A stretch of DNA of 63,974 nt, filler included, from an uncultured bacterium (GTDB lineage: Bacteria; Latescibacterota; UBA2968): NCBI GenBank assembly GCA_964471275.1. It is 11 parts of 11 records of this genome, joined end to end, with 100 filler letters (N's around TTAATTAATTAA, not from the genome) between each part and the next. Parts side by side here need not be neighbours in the genome. Positions count along the whole stretch, not along the records: positions 6,266 to 12,389 come from CAYYGZ010000258.1; positions 12,490 to 18,607 come from CAYYGZ010000259.1; positions 18,708 to 24,803 come from CAYYGZ010000260.1; 8 more parts are not named here. One strand, written 5' to 3'. A program made the position numbers and the translations under genes. Of the stretch, positions 9,444 through 19,619 are shown piece by piece. How positions within the stretch are numbered: the first letter of the stretch is position 1; each line of letters opens with the position of its first letter. Below the pieces are notes generated by a model. The model did not search any database, was not told the DNA's origin, and saw only the letters and a list, made by a program, of their open reading frames with translations.

Positions 9444-10391
9444 ATGATTCGCATAGATAACCTCGTCAAGAACTACGGCGATTTCCAGGCCCTCAAGTCG
9501 ATCTCTTTCGACATACACGACGGAGAGATCCTGGGGTTCCTGGGTGCCAACGGAGCCGGGAAGTCGACGACTCTCAAGATCATGACCGGTTACCTGGCGC
9601 CTACCGGTGGAAACGTGCTTGTCGACGGGCAGAACGTCGTCGATGGCTCTTTCGAGATCAGGGAGCAAATCGGGTATCTACCCGAGGCGAACCCGTTGTA
9701 TCTCGAGATGCGAGTCTTCGACTATCTCCAGTTTACGGCAGAAGTCCGTGGGTTGGAGGGGAAGGCATTTCATCAGGCGCTCGCCCGGGTGGTCGAGCAG
9801 TGTGGCCTGTCCGAGGTAATACACCGGCCGATTGCTACATGTTCCAAGGGATACAAGCAGCGGATCGGTCTTGCCGCCGCCATGATCCACGATCCCAAGA
9901 TTCTGATTCTGGATGAACCGGTGTCGGGTCTGGATCCGAACCAGATCGTCGAGATCCGCGAGCTGATCAAACACCTCGGCCGTGAGAAGATTGTGATCAT
10001 GTCGAGCCACATCCTGCAGGAGATTGCAGCGACGGTGGATCGGATCGTCATCATCGACAAGGGTGAAATTGTCGCAAACGGAACGACACAGGAACTGATG
10101 GCAAGCTTCCAGGGAAAAACGCAGCTGACGATGGAAGTGGCGCAGGCGACCGGAGAGAGTGTTGAGGGACTCAAGTCGCAGGTTCCGGAACTGCACATCC
10201 AGGAGACTCGAACCCAAGGGGACGGGCATCACGTTCTTTTAATCGAATACGATCGGGACTCCGAGCCGCGAGCCGACATTTTCAACTACGCAAAATCTTC
10301 AGGATGGGTGATTCTTGAAATGAGTCCTCACCGGGTTCAGCTGGAAGACGTCTTCCGCGACCTTACGGCGGAAGGAGGCGTCCATGCGTAA
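9444..10391 (+). CDS. ABC transporter ATP-binding protein, GldA-like
   Basis: Walker A GANGAGKST, CSKGYKQR signature, ILILDEP; overlaps the next gene. Confidence 0.9.
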   Translation: MIRIDNLVKNYGDFQALKSISFDIHDGEILGFLGANGAGKSTTLKIMTGYLAPTGGNVLVDGQNVVDGSFEIREQIGYLPEANPLYLEMRVFDYLQFTAEVRGLEGKAFHQALARVVEQCGLSEVIHRPIATCSKGYKQRIGLAAAMIHDPKILILDEPVSGLDPNQIVEIRELIKHLGREKIVIMSSHILQEIAATVDRIVIIDKGEIVANGTTQELMASFQGKTQLTMEVAQATGESVEGLKSQVPELHIQETRTQGDGHHVLLIEYDRDSEPRADIFNYAKSSGWVILEMSPHRVQLEDVFRDLTAEGGVHA

Positions 10392-11097
10392 TATCCGTGT
10401 GATATTCGGGAAAGAACTGGCTGCCTACTTCAAGAGTCCAATGGCCTACATCTTCCTCGTAACGTTTGTTCTTCTGAACGGCTACTTCTTTACGAATACG
10501 TTCTTCCTGATCAATCAATCCGATATGCGGGCGCTCTTCGGCGTGGTTCCGATGGTCTACCTGTTTTTCTGTCCGGTAGTGACGATGGGTCTGATCGCGC
10601 GTGAGAACAGCCTCGGTACGGTCGAGACGATCGCAACCCTGCCGATTCACGACTACGAATTCGTGATCGGAAAGTATCTGGCCGCCGTGACTCTGATCGG
10701 TGCCGGTCTCGCCTTTACACTCGTGCATTTCTTCACGCTGCTTGCCGTCGGCACCAACATCGACGTAGGTGCGAATCTCTGTGGATACCTCGGTCTTCTG
10801 TTGGTTGGCGCCTTCTATGCGTCGATCGGGACTTTTGCGAGCAGTCTGACCGAAAACCAGGTTGTCGCGTTCATCATCGGTGCCGTCGGGGTGCTAGTTT
10901 TCTACCTGATGGACAAGATGCTGATGTTCGTTCCGACATCGATCTCGGTCATCGTTCAGTATATGGCGGTCGATCATCACCTGTCGAATATGTCACGAGG
11001 TGTGATCGACTCACGTAATCTGATCTACTTCGGTACGATGATCTGGCTGTTCCTGACGCTTGCGATCCGGTCAGTCGAAATGCGGAAGTGGAGGTGA
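10384..11097 (+). CDS. ABC-2 permease, GldF-like
   Basis: Multi-TM; KELAAYFKSPMAYI, TMGLIARE..GTVE, SSLTENQVVAF, RGVIDSR. Confidence 0.88.
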   Translation: MRNIRVIFGKELAAYFKSPMAYIFLVTFVLLNGYFFTNTFFLINQSDMRALFGVVPMVYLFFCPVVTMGLIARENSLGTVETIATLPIHDYEFVIGKYLAAVTLIGAGLAFTLVHFFTLLAVGTNIDVGANLCGYLGLLLVGAFYASIGTFASSLTENQVVAFIIGAVGVLVFYLMDKMLMFVPTSISVIVQYMAVDHHLSNMSRGVIDSRNLIYFGTMIWLFLTLAIRSVEMRKWR

Positions 11098-11100
11098 GCC

Positions 11101-12389
11101 ATGGTCAATAATCGAAAAACATTGCTTATTTACGTAGTCATCGCCGTCGCTGCGGTGGCGCTCCTGAATATCGTCGGTCGCTCCTGGTTCTTCCGTGTCG
11201 ATCTGACGGACAGCCAGGTCTATTCGCTTTCCTCGTCTAGCCNNNNNNNNNNGATGACCTGCTGACGGCCAAGGTCTACTTCTCCAAGAACCTCCCCGGT
11301 CGCTACGGCAACAACCGGCGTTTTCTCCAGGACATTCTGGAGGAATATGCTGCCTATTCTGACGGCAACCTGCGGTTTGAGTTCTATCAGCCCGAAGACG
11401 ACGAGAAGCTGGCCGAAGAGGCCGTGAAGTACGGGATTCAGCCGGTGCAGCTTCAGGTCGTGGAGAATGACAAACTCGAGATTAAGCGGGTGCACATGGG
11501 TCTTGTCTTTCTGTATGAGGACCAGCGAGAAGTGATCCCGGTCGTGCAGACGACGACAGGTCTCGAGTATGAAATCACGAGCAAGATCAAGAAGATGGTC
11601 GACGAGCAGAAGCAGGTGATCGGGATTGCCCAATTCGAGGGTCAGGAAATCGCGACCGAGAGCATTCGAGCTCAACTTTCCGAGTCGTATCGCGTTCAGC
11701 AGGTGTCGTTGACGGAGGCAGTGGCGCCGACAGTGAACCTGCTGTTCGTCAGCGGTGTAACGGACTCGGTTTCCGAGGACGAACTGATGCATCTACGGGA
11801 CTACATTGACCGGGGAGGCAACCTGTTCCTCGCGCAGGGCAAGATCAATGCTAGTCTACAGACACAACAGGGAACACCGATCATCTCGAATCTGTTCGAA
11901 GTGCTCGAGACTTACGGTGTGTCGCTGGAAGACAATCTGGTCCTTGATGAGTTCTGCAATAACATCACGGTGACACAACAGCGCGGTTTTTTCCGGATCA
12001 ACTCGGCTGTTGCCTACCCGTTCTTCCCGATCGTGCGCTCTTTTGGCGATCACGTAATGGTGGAGGGACTGGAACAGGCGCATCTTCTGTTTCCGAGCGA
12101 AATCTCCTGGGATTCAGCCGATTCAACCACGACCGTGCAACCCCTTTTCAGCACGTCCGACAGATCGGGCATCGCGTCTGGGTTCTACAACCTGAACCCG
12201 GTCGAGAATCCGATGTTCGAGACATTGACGGACGCGAGCCGAACGATCGGTGTCTACGCAACCTCCAGGCTGGGTGTCAGCACCGAGACGAGTCAGCTGG
12301 TGCTGGTCTCGGACTCCTCATTCCTGCTGGACGACGGCGGCGTCCCACAGCTTGACGTGTGTCCCCGTGCTGTCATCGACCGAGTATTT
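11101..12389 (+). CDS. GldG-like ABC transporter auxiliary component (internal N gap; 3' end chimeric/truncated)
   Basis: ATG 11101, MVNNRK..FFRVDLTDSQVYSLS; continues YGIQPVQ..GLEYEITSKI..YPFFP after the gap at 11243-11252. Confidence 0.85.
12335..12389 (+). repeat. 55-bp exact duplicate of 18204-18258
   Basis: CGGCGGCGTCCCACAGCTTGACGTGTGTCCCCGTGCTGTCATCGACCGAGTATTT occurs at both positions. Confidence 0.9.
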
Positions 12390-12489
12390 NNNNNNNNNNN
12401 NNNNNNNNNNNNNNNNNNNNNNNNNNNNNNNNNTTAATTAATTAANNNNNNNNNNNNNNNNNNNNNNNNNNNNNNNNNNNNNNNNNNNN

Positions 12490-13238
12490 TTGTCTCCATA
12501 AATGACGATCAAACAGCGATTTATGCCAATCCATCGTCAGTCGCTTTACTGACGAAGAAAGACTTCGTTCTGACGCACCAGTCCGGCATCGCCGGGATTT
12601 CCCAATTTCAATCCGGTTGGGCCTACGGGACCGGGAAGGTGGGTCTCGGGCTTAGCCTGAGCATCCACAGTGCCGGTGGGTTTGAGACCCGAACCGGCCC
12701 GTCCCTCAACCCGGTCGGGACATTCAACCTCTTCGAATTCAACGCCGCCTTCACCTACGGGCAGCGGCTATCGAGCGGCTTGTATGGTGGCTTCACCACA
12801 CGATTCCTCCACGAAGATCTTGAGGCGGATCGGGCATCCGGATTTGGTCTCGACATCGGGCTGACCTACAGACAGCCGGAGAGCCCGCTCTCGATAGGCG
12901 CATCGATTCTCAACCTCGGGAAGATGGCCGAACTGGATCAGGTCGCTTCCTCCCTGCCGCGCAAAATCCGTGTCGGGATCTCCTGGGAGCACGCAACCTT
13001 TCTGGTCAGTTCCGATTACCGCATCCCGCGCTTTGGGTCGAGCAGTCTCCACGTAGGGGGTGAGGTGACTCCCGTCCCCGCGCTCGCCGTGCGGTTCGGC
13101 TACCAATCAGGCCACGACACCCGGACGATGTCATACGGGTTGGGGCTCCGAAGAAGAAACTGGCGGATCGACTATGCTTTTGTCCCCTCAGACCTCGGTC
13201 TGGACGATTCCCATTGCGTAACCCTCGGCATCCGTTAG
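12490..13238 (+). CDS. PorV/PorQ-family outer membrane beta-barrel (5' truncated)
   Basis: Frame is open from the contig start with DDQTAIYANPSS; ASGFGLDIG, GASILNLG, AVRFGY, IDYAF..LG..H..TLG. Confidence 0.78.
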
Positions 13239-13245
13239 TCGAGAC

Positions 13246-14277
13246 GTGTCTACCGACGCTCCCCACAACGGAAACACGCCCCGATCAATCGGCACACCCC
13301 CTGTCACCTACATTCCGAGCGGGAAACCCTCCTCCGAACCGGTGAAGCCGGAACGCAAGCAGATCATCCTGTTTCTGCTTACCTGTGTGACCACGACACT
13401 CGCAGGTGTGCGAGCCTCGCCCGCCTTTTACGACCGCTACCCCGATCAGGAAATCTCCTGGCAACTTCTCTTTCTACCCGAGAACCTCTTGCTGGGCCTT
13501 CCGTTTGCGTCTACACTGCTCCTGATCCTCGGGGTGCACGAAATGGGTCACTTCCTCGCAGCCCGTCGGTGGCGTGTGCACGCGACCTTGCCCTACTTCA
13601 TCCCGATCCCCACGATAATCGGGACCATGGGTGCGGTCATCCGGATCAAATCACGTATTCCGAACCGCCGGGCGCTCTTCGACATCGGGGTCGCTGGTCC
13701 TATCGCCGGGTTTGTGATCGCCATCATTGCCCTGGCCTACGGCTACTCGACCGCAGAAATCGTGAATCTGGGCCGATTTGAAGGGCAGGGGGCCCTGATC
13801 TTCGGGGATTCACTCCTGACATCGTGGCTCCAATATCTTATCGTTGGTGAGATACCTGCGGGCTACGACCTCATGCTGGATCCCGTCGGATTCGCTGGAT
13901 GGCTCGGACTCTTCGTCACCGTTCTGAATCTGCTCCCTATCGGTCAGTTCGACGGCGGACACCTGGTCTACGCGCGATTCGGAGATCGGCACGAAATCGT
14001 GTCGAAGCTGGCCATCGCGACACTCTTCGGAATCTGGGCATTCGGCCCGGAATATGGTTGGCTGATTGATCCAGAGCCACTTTCTACGTGGTTCTCGAGT
14101 CGGTGGCCCGGATGGTTGATCTGGGGCTGCATCTCGATCGTGCTGGGACGCCGTCATCCCCCGACGCTGGATCCGGTCACGTCGCTCGACCCGCCACGCC
14201 GATGGCTGGGATACCTGACGATCGGAATCTTCGTCGTCTGCTTCATACCCAACCCCATCCGGTGGGTTGCTCCCTAG
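13246..14277 (+). CDS. Site-2 protease (peptidase M50)
   Basis: HEMGH, LPYFIP, FDIGVAGP, LNLLPIGQFDGGH. Confidence 0.92.
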   Translation: MSTDAPHNGNTPRSIGTPPVTYIPSGKPSSEPVKPERKQIILFLLTCVTTTLAGVRASPAFYDRYPDQEISWQLLFLPENLLLGLPFASTLLLILGVHEMGHFLAARRWRVHATLPYFIPIPTIIGTMGAVIRIKSRIPNRRALFDIGVAGPIAGFVIAIIALAYGYSTAEIVNLGRFEGQGALIFGDSLLTSWLQYLIVGEIPAGYDLMLDPVGFAGWLGLFVTVLNLLPIGQFDGGHLVYARFGDRHEIVSKLAIATLFGIWAFGPEYGWLIDPEPLSTWFSSRWPGWLIWGCISIVLGRRHPPTLDPVTSLDPPRRWLGYLTIGIFVVCFIPNPIRWVAP

Positions 14278-14356
14278 TAGCAAGCGGATCCATTCCCCGC
14301 AGCACGCTCCAGCTTCATTTTGCGTGACACGCACGATCGCGCCTCTCAGGAATCAA

Positions 14357-15601
14357 ATGGCCGCAAGACGCTCCAGAAAATCCAAACCTCGAAAAAAAAT
14401 CGCGATCTACAAGGGGAAACGTAATCAAACCCGGATGGCGAAGGGTCGGCGGCGCGGACCTTCGGTCCGTCCCTGGCATGTCGCAGGTATCCTGGTTGCC
14501 GCATCGGTCGCCGTAGGCGTGTTCCTCTGGCGACCCCCGGCACATCGCACGGACGACCTGCACCCACCCGTTTCGACCGTGGCCAATACCTGGCGGGCGG
14601 GACCGGGTGATATCGCCGCATTCTCAGACACGATGTCGCTGAGATCAATCGACATCCTGGCCGGGCTTGGCGTACCTACAGAGAACATCAGGGTTCGGCG
14701 CTTACCCGAGCACCGAAACAGCGCGATGCGCTGGGAACTCGCATCCAACATCCCGGAGGACATCCCCCTCGTGGTGTCGAACCTCTGGCTGACACGACTC
14801 GCAAAGCGGCTCGGGGGATCCATCATAGAGGGCCGGGAGAATCTGAAGGGTGCCCAACTCTCGCTCCTGGTTGGGCTCGATGACCAGCGTACAAACCTGA
14901 TCACGCTTCGGCGAAGCCCATATGTGGAGCGGACACGGGGTCGCATCGCTCTTATCATCGATGACTGTGGATACCAGCAGAGAGCGTTGTTGGAAGCGTT
15001 CTGCGCACTTCCCGTACCGGTCACGGTATCGATCTTTCCCGGTGAGCGGGAAACCAGCTGGATGGCCAGACGCGCGACGAACGGGGGACACGAGGTCATG
15101 GTTCATCTGCCAATGGAGCCAATCGACTATCCGAAGCGGGATCCTGGCCAGGGAGCCGTCTTCGCTCACTACGACTACAAGAGGATCCGGACCGTCACCC
15201 GGGCAGCGATCGAAGCGGTACCGGGAGCAAAAGGTCTGAACAACCACATGGGCTCACGCGTAACGGAAGATCGCCGGGTTATCGGTTACGTACTCGACGA
15301 GATCAAGGCGCAGGACCTCTACTTCGTGGACAGCGTGACCAGCCCCCACTCCATCGCATACAACGTGTCCTTGGAGAGGGGCATCCCGGCAGGCAGAAAC
15401 ACCCAGTTCCTTGACCTGTCAGATGAATCCGAGCGGATAGCCGAAAGCTTGCGGTCACTGTCTATGAAAGCGCGCCAGCACGGCACGGCCATCGGTATCG
15501 CACACGCAAAGGCAACCACGCTTGCGACGCTTCAGGATATCATCCCCCGGCTTCGGTCCGAAGGCTTCGAGTTCGTGACCGTCTCCCAGGCGATTCGCTG
15601 A
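14357..15601 (+). CDS. Divergent polysaccharide deacetylase family protein with N-terminal membrane anchor
   Basis: IALIIDDCG, HLPMEP, NNHMGS, FVDSVT, AIGIAH; basic N-terminus plus a TM helix. Confidence 0.88.
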   Translation: MAARRSRKSKPRKKIAIYKGKRNQTRMAKGRRRGPSVRPWHVAGILVAASVAVGVFLWRPPAHRTDDLHPPVSTVANTWRAGPGDIAAFSDTMSLRSIDILAGLGVPTENIRVRRLPEHRNSAMRWELASNIPEDIPLVVSNLWLTRLAKRLGGSIIEGRENLKGAQLSLLVGLDDQRTNLITLRRSPYVERTRGRIALIIDDCGYQQRALLEAFCALPVPVTVSIFPGERETSWMARRATNGGHEVMVHLPMEPIDYPKRDPGQGAVFAHYDYKRIRTVTRAAIEAVPGAKGLNNHMGSRVTEDRRVIGYVLDEIKAQDLYFVDSVTSPHSIAYNVSLERGIPAGRNTQFLDLSDESERIAESLRSLSMKARQHGTAIGIAHAKATTLATLQDIIPRLRSEGFEFVTVSQAIR

Positions 15602-15602
15602 C

Positions 15603-15812
15603 GTGACACGAGCACGGCTTGCGATTGTCTCATTGATCCTTCTACTCTCGACCACGCCGATCTGGACGGACGACACCACGATCCGTTTCGGGTTCCCAAC
15701 CTGGGCGTTGGGCGTATGGATCGGGGCAATCGTCTACGCCCTCTGCGTTTCTTGGCTGCTCGAAAGATACTGGGAGCACGTCGCTGATCCTCACAACAGG
15801 AGCGAGACGTGA
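15603..15812 (+). CDS. Small 2-TM membrane protein, probable accessory subunit of a sodium:solute symporter
   Basis: 69 aa, two hydrophobic segments, FGFPTW motif; lies upstream of the SSS gene. Confidence 0.55.
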   Translation: MTRARLAIVSLILLLSTTPIWTDDTTIRFGFPTWALGVWIGAIVYALCVSWLLERYWEHVADPHNRSET

Positions 15813-16327
15813 AGGTCGAGATCAAACTCTGGCATCGGGCCGCCCTTTTGGGTCTCCTGTGTGTTGGGGCCATCGTATACATCGCGTCGACGGCCCGGGA
15901 CGAGACGCACTTGGCGAAGTCGGCCCTCAGAACGCCCCGAAATGAAACGGAGGCCGCCTACTTCCACGCGGTCACATCCGGCTTACGAATACTGGGTTTC
16001 ACACCAGACGAACCAGGCACGATTGTCATCCAGTCCCAGTCGATCTACCAAGCCAGGTCGGCTTTCCTGCTGATGGCCTACACCTTTTTACAGAAGGTCT
16101 ACAACGATCCGGCTTGCGATACCATAAAGACCATTAGAATCTATCCGTATGCCTATCTCTCGCGCGAGGACGGGTCACAGACACTCGGACCGTTTGCTGA
16201 GCTCGTTCTCCCCAGAGAAGGCGCAGACGAGATTGACTGGACACCGGAATTCCCCGATCTGATTCGCTTCCGCCACACACTCGTACGACACGGGTCACTC
16301 AAATTCGATCCGAGGAGCCTGCCCTGA
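15809..16327 (+). CDS. Hypothetical membrane-anchored protein
   Basis: 172 aa, N-terminal hydrophobic segment, GTGA overlap with the previous ORF. Confidence 0.55.
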   Translation: MKVEIKLWHRAALLGLLCVGAIVYIASTARDETHLAKSALRTPRNETEAAYFHAVTSGLRILGFTPDEPGTIVIQSQSIYQARSAFLLMAYTFLQKVYNDPACDTIKTIRIYPYAYLSREDGSQTLGPFAELVLPREGADEIDWTPEFPDLIRFRHTLVRHGSLKFDPRSLP

Positions 16328-16369
16328 CGTGCCGGGTACCGAACCTCCTGAATCGAATCAGGCCTGACC

Positions 16370-17887
16370 TTGTCTGATCGGAGCCTTGCCCCGCTCCTGG
16401 GGCCGACGGGAACGGCCTTCCTGGTCATCTACCTGGCATCTCTTCTCTTCGTCGGCTGGGCAGGTCGCCGTGCGCGCAAAGAAGACACTCTCGCTGACTT
16501 CTACCTCGGGGGACGCGGACTCGGGACGCTGGTTCTCTTCCTCACACTCTACGCAACACAATACAGTGGAAACACACTCATCGGCTACGCTGGCGTCGCC
16601 TACCGGTCGGGCTTCGCGTTCCTCGTGTCCGTCGTATTCATGATGTCCATCGTAGGAGCCTACCTGCTCTTTGCCCCGCGCCTTCAGGTGCTCGCCCTTC
16701 GTCACCGGTTCCTCACGCTGGGCGATTACCTGCAGCATCGGTATGGCGACCGCCGACTCACCATCTTGGCCACCATCCTGGCCACTTGGGCACTGGCAAA
16801 CTACATCCTGTCCAACCTGAAGGCGATCGGCTTCATCGTGGAGACGACAACGGGCGGCCGCATCCCGTTCGTCCACGGCGTTCTTCTGCTGTCTCTGATC
16901 ATGGTCGCTTACGAAACACTTGGTGGATTTCGAAGTGTTGCGTGGACGGATGCGATACAGGGCATCCTGCTCCTGGCGGGCTGTATCGTGATCTTTGTCG
17001 CCATTCAGATGACCTATGGTGGCCTGGCCGAAGCCGCGGCAATCCTGGCCGTTCGCACACCGGGGCATATCCAGCCGCCCGATGCCTCCGGTCTGCGAAC
17101 CTGGGTCAGCACGCTCGCCATCATCTTCCTTGGCGTACCCTTCTACCCACAGGCCATCCAGCGCATCTACGCTGCAAAGAGCGCTGCCAGCCTTCGGAGC
17201 GCCTTCCAGGTCATGGTCTTCATGCCCCTGGTCACGACGTTCTTTATCTTCTACATCGGTATCATAGCGGCCGCACACACGCCGGGTCTGGACCGCGTAG
17301 CCAGTGAAACCGTAGCACTCCGACTTCTGAACACACTCGGCCAGAACATACCATCGCTCAGCTGGATGCTCGTCCTCTTCGTCGCAGCCGTGGTTGCCGC
17401 GATCATGTCTACGGTCGATTCTGCGCTCCTCGCCATTTCCTCGATCGTCACTCAGGACATCTACCGACCGTCCCATCCAGAGGCCTCGCAGGAACGTCTG
17501 ATCACTGTCGGTAAGCTCTCGTCGTGGGCAATCATGGCGTGTGCCGCCCTGCTCGCTATTATTCTCCCTCAGACCATCTGGCGCCTCACCGAAATCAAAC
17601 TGGAGCTCCTCTGCCAGGTGGCCCCTGCGATTTTCCTCGGCATCCACCTCCCGACCCTCTCCCGTCGTCCGATCCTCACGGGAATGCTTGCCGGGACCGC
17701 TCTTACCCTGTCCCTTATGACCGCCAGCTGGCTGGGAGCTGATATCTCCGCCAAGCCTTGGGGCATCCACGCCGGCATCTGGGGATGCACCCTCAATTTC
17801 CTCATGGTTGCCCTTTTGCATCGCTTCCCTGCCAGAACCCACCCCACCAAACGAGGTATCCGACACAACCTCCCACACCCCCAATAG
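16370..17887 (+). CDS. Sodium:solute symporter family transporter
   Basis: DFYLGGRGLG, ATQYSGNT, GGFRSVAWTDAIQG, AAIMSTVDS; about 13 TM segments. Confidence 0.92.
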   Translation: MSDRSLAPLLGPTGTAFLVIYLASLLFVGWAGRRARKEDTLADFYLGGRGLGTLVLFLTLYATQYSGNTLIGYAGVAYRSGFAFLVSVVFMMSIVGAYLLFAPRLQVLALRHRFLTLGDYLQHRYGDRRLTILATILATWALANYILSNLKAIGFIVETTTGGRIPFVHGVLLLSLIMVAYETLGGFRSVAWTDAIQGILLLAGCIVIFVAIQMTYGGLAEAAAILAVRTPGHIQPPDASGLRTWVSTLAIIFLGVPFYPQAIQRIYAAKSAASLRSAFQVMVFMPLVTTFFIFYIGIIAAAHTPGLDRVASETVALRLLNTLGQNIPSLSWMLVLFVAAVVAAIMSTVDSALLAISSIVTQDIYRPSHPEASQERLITVGKLSSWAIMACAALLAIILPQTIWRLTEIKLELLCQVAPAIFLGIHLPTLSRRPILTGMLAGTALTLSLMTASWLGADISAKPWGIHAGIWGCTLNFLMVALLHRFPARTHPTKRGIRHNLPHPQ

Positions 17888-17964
17888 AATAGAAAACGCC
17901 CTCCCGATCCACAGATCAAGAGGGCGCCTTCAAGTCTCTCCTACCTCACTACTCACGACCGATA

Positions 17965-18567
17965 TCACTTACTCGCATCCACCTCCGCACTGACTCCCTC
18001 CACCCCGGTCTCGACCGCGACACTATCTCCCTCAGCCTCTTCCACGGGTTTTGGCTTCTCTCCCCAATACGTTGCTCGGGGATACATCATATGCATCACA
18101 CTTTCACTCGTCAGGTAGACACCGTCGACACCGTCGGCTCGTACGTAGTTATGCGACCAATCCGAAGTTGAACGACCAAAGACCACGTGAATCATCTCAC
18201 CGCCGGCGGCGTCCCACAGCTTGACGTGTGTCCCCGTGCTGTCATCGACCGAGTATTTCGACCATTTCTCCTGGTTCGTGGAAATCAACGTCTCCCGTTT
18301 CACCTTCATCGCTTTGTCGAAAAACGTGTCCATCCGGTTCGGACGCATCGTCAGCGTATCGTGTCCTGCGATCGCCCAGGTCTCGGCGCTTCGCTCGATC
18401 TTGAGCGTATCATCCTTCGTCCAGAGTTCGATCGTCTGAATCTTACCCGGATCTTCAGGAAACACCGCATCGGACTGGGTCTGCAAACCACTCTGTTGCA
18501 TCTGAGTGACCAGATACAGAGCGATCAGGACACCGAGCGCGACGGCAATCCACTTCAGATTACCCAT
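17965..18567 (-). CDS. DUF4340-like protein, normally the last gene of gldA/F/G-type clusters
   Basis: N-terminal TM helix; W..Y.V..; preceded by an overlapping ORF end RMETNRTRRLEELYG*. Confidence 0.7.
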   Translation of the reverse strand: MGNLKWIAVALGVLIALYLVTQMQQSGLQTQSDAVFPEDPGKIQTIELWTKDDTLKIERSAETWAIAGHDTLTMRPNRMDTFFDKAMKVKRETLISTNQEKWSKYSVDDSTGTHVKLWDAAGGEMIHVVFGRSTSDWSHNYVRADGVDGVYLTSESVMHMMYPRATYWGEKPKPVEEAEGDSVAVETGVEGVSAEVDASK

Positions 18568-18607
18568 AGAGCTCCTCCAATCGCCTTGTCCGGTTCGTCT
18601 CCATACG
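18560..18607 (-). CDS. C-terminal fragment, probably the true end of the GldG-like gene
   Basis: Reads RMETNRTRRLEELYG-TAA and overlaps the DUF4340-like start. Confidence 0.5.
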   Translation of the reverse strand, partial: RMETNRTRRLEELYG

Positions 18608-18777
18608 NNNNNNNNNNNNNNNNNNNNNNNNNNNNNNNNNNNNNNNNNNNNTTAATTAATTAANNNNNNNNNNNNNNNNNNNNNNNNNNNNNNNNNNNNN
18701 NNNNNNNAAGATCAAGTTGTCCAGGGCCTGATCGGCCACCAGAGGTTTCAGGCGACCGTTCTCCTATTCAAGCTCCT

Positions 18778-19412
18778 TCAGACGATGGACCTGGGCCACT
18801 TCCTTGCCGCCGTAATCTTCGTTTCCATACGCGCCGTGGCCGACTCGCGTTCGGGATGCACCCCAAGAATTTGCGCTCCCGAGGTCTTCTGATCGACGGC
18901 GGCGAGCGCGCTGCCGTATACGCGAGGCGAGGCGGACTCGACGCCTTCCGATCGAGTAAGGACCCCGTTCACTCGTGTCAAATCGTCAATCGTCGCGTCA
19001 TAGTCGTCGAGCATCGAGCTCTCTTTGACGATATCGTCGTTTGTAAAATCCGACCCAATCCACGGCCCCATCATCATCGAGGGAGGTACCTTCATCACCT
19101 TGTTAATCTTCGGGAAGTAGTTCCACATCTCCGTATCGACACGGAGCGTCGTAATACCGGCATCCTTCTTGGGCCCGATAATCGTGATAAAGGTGGAATC
19201 CATCCCCTCGGACCAGAGCTTCAGCTGCATACTGCACTCCCTCTCACGCCGAACGACCGACATCTCGAGCTCGGCTTAGCTTGTCTTCGCGCGGTAGAGC
19301 TCGTCGATCGGACGTGTTTCGTCCGCCCCTGCAGACGAAGAAGGAACAGACGCCGCGCACAGGAAGCCGAGTCCGGTGAGGATCGTGACGAACACCGATC
19401 GAACACGACGTA
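18778..19412 (-). pseudogene. Degraded outer-membrane lipoprotein-sorting (LolA-like) gene fused to an ABC permease fragment
   Basis: Signal peptide..IDELYRAKTS*AELEM (TAA at 19276-19278)..MWNYFPKINK..GSDFTNDD, then an abrupt switch to permease-like GVESASPRVYGSAL..ILGVHPERE. Confidence 0.65.
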
Positions 19413-19619
19413 GTGCATTACATCGGAAGAGAGTCATCTATCGATCTCCGCACCATTGGCTTTGCGAGTCTCGTGCAGATACAGGTCCAGACATCGTTAC
19501 CTCGTCCCCAAGATATTTGCTCGGGATGGGCTCAAAGAGATGATTCCCATTATGGACCGCTTAGGTCGGGTTCTCGGGGGGGCGCTCGAACTGACCGCCG
19601 CCTACTCGTTTCGCAGCGA

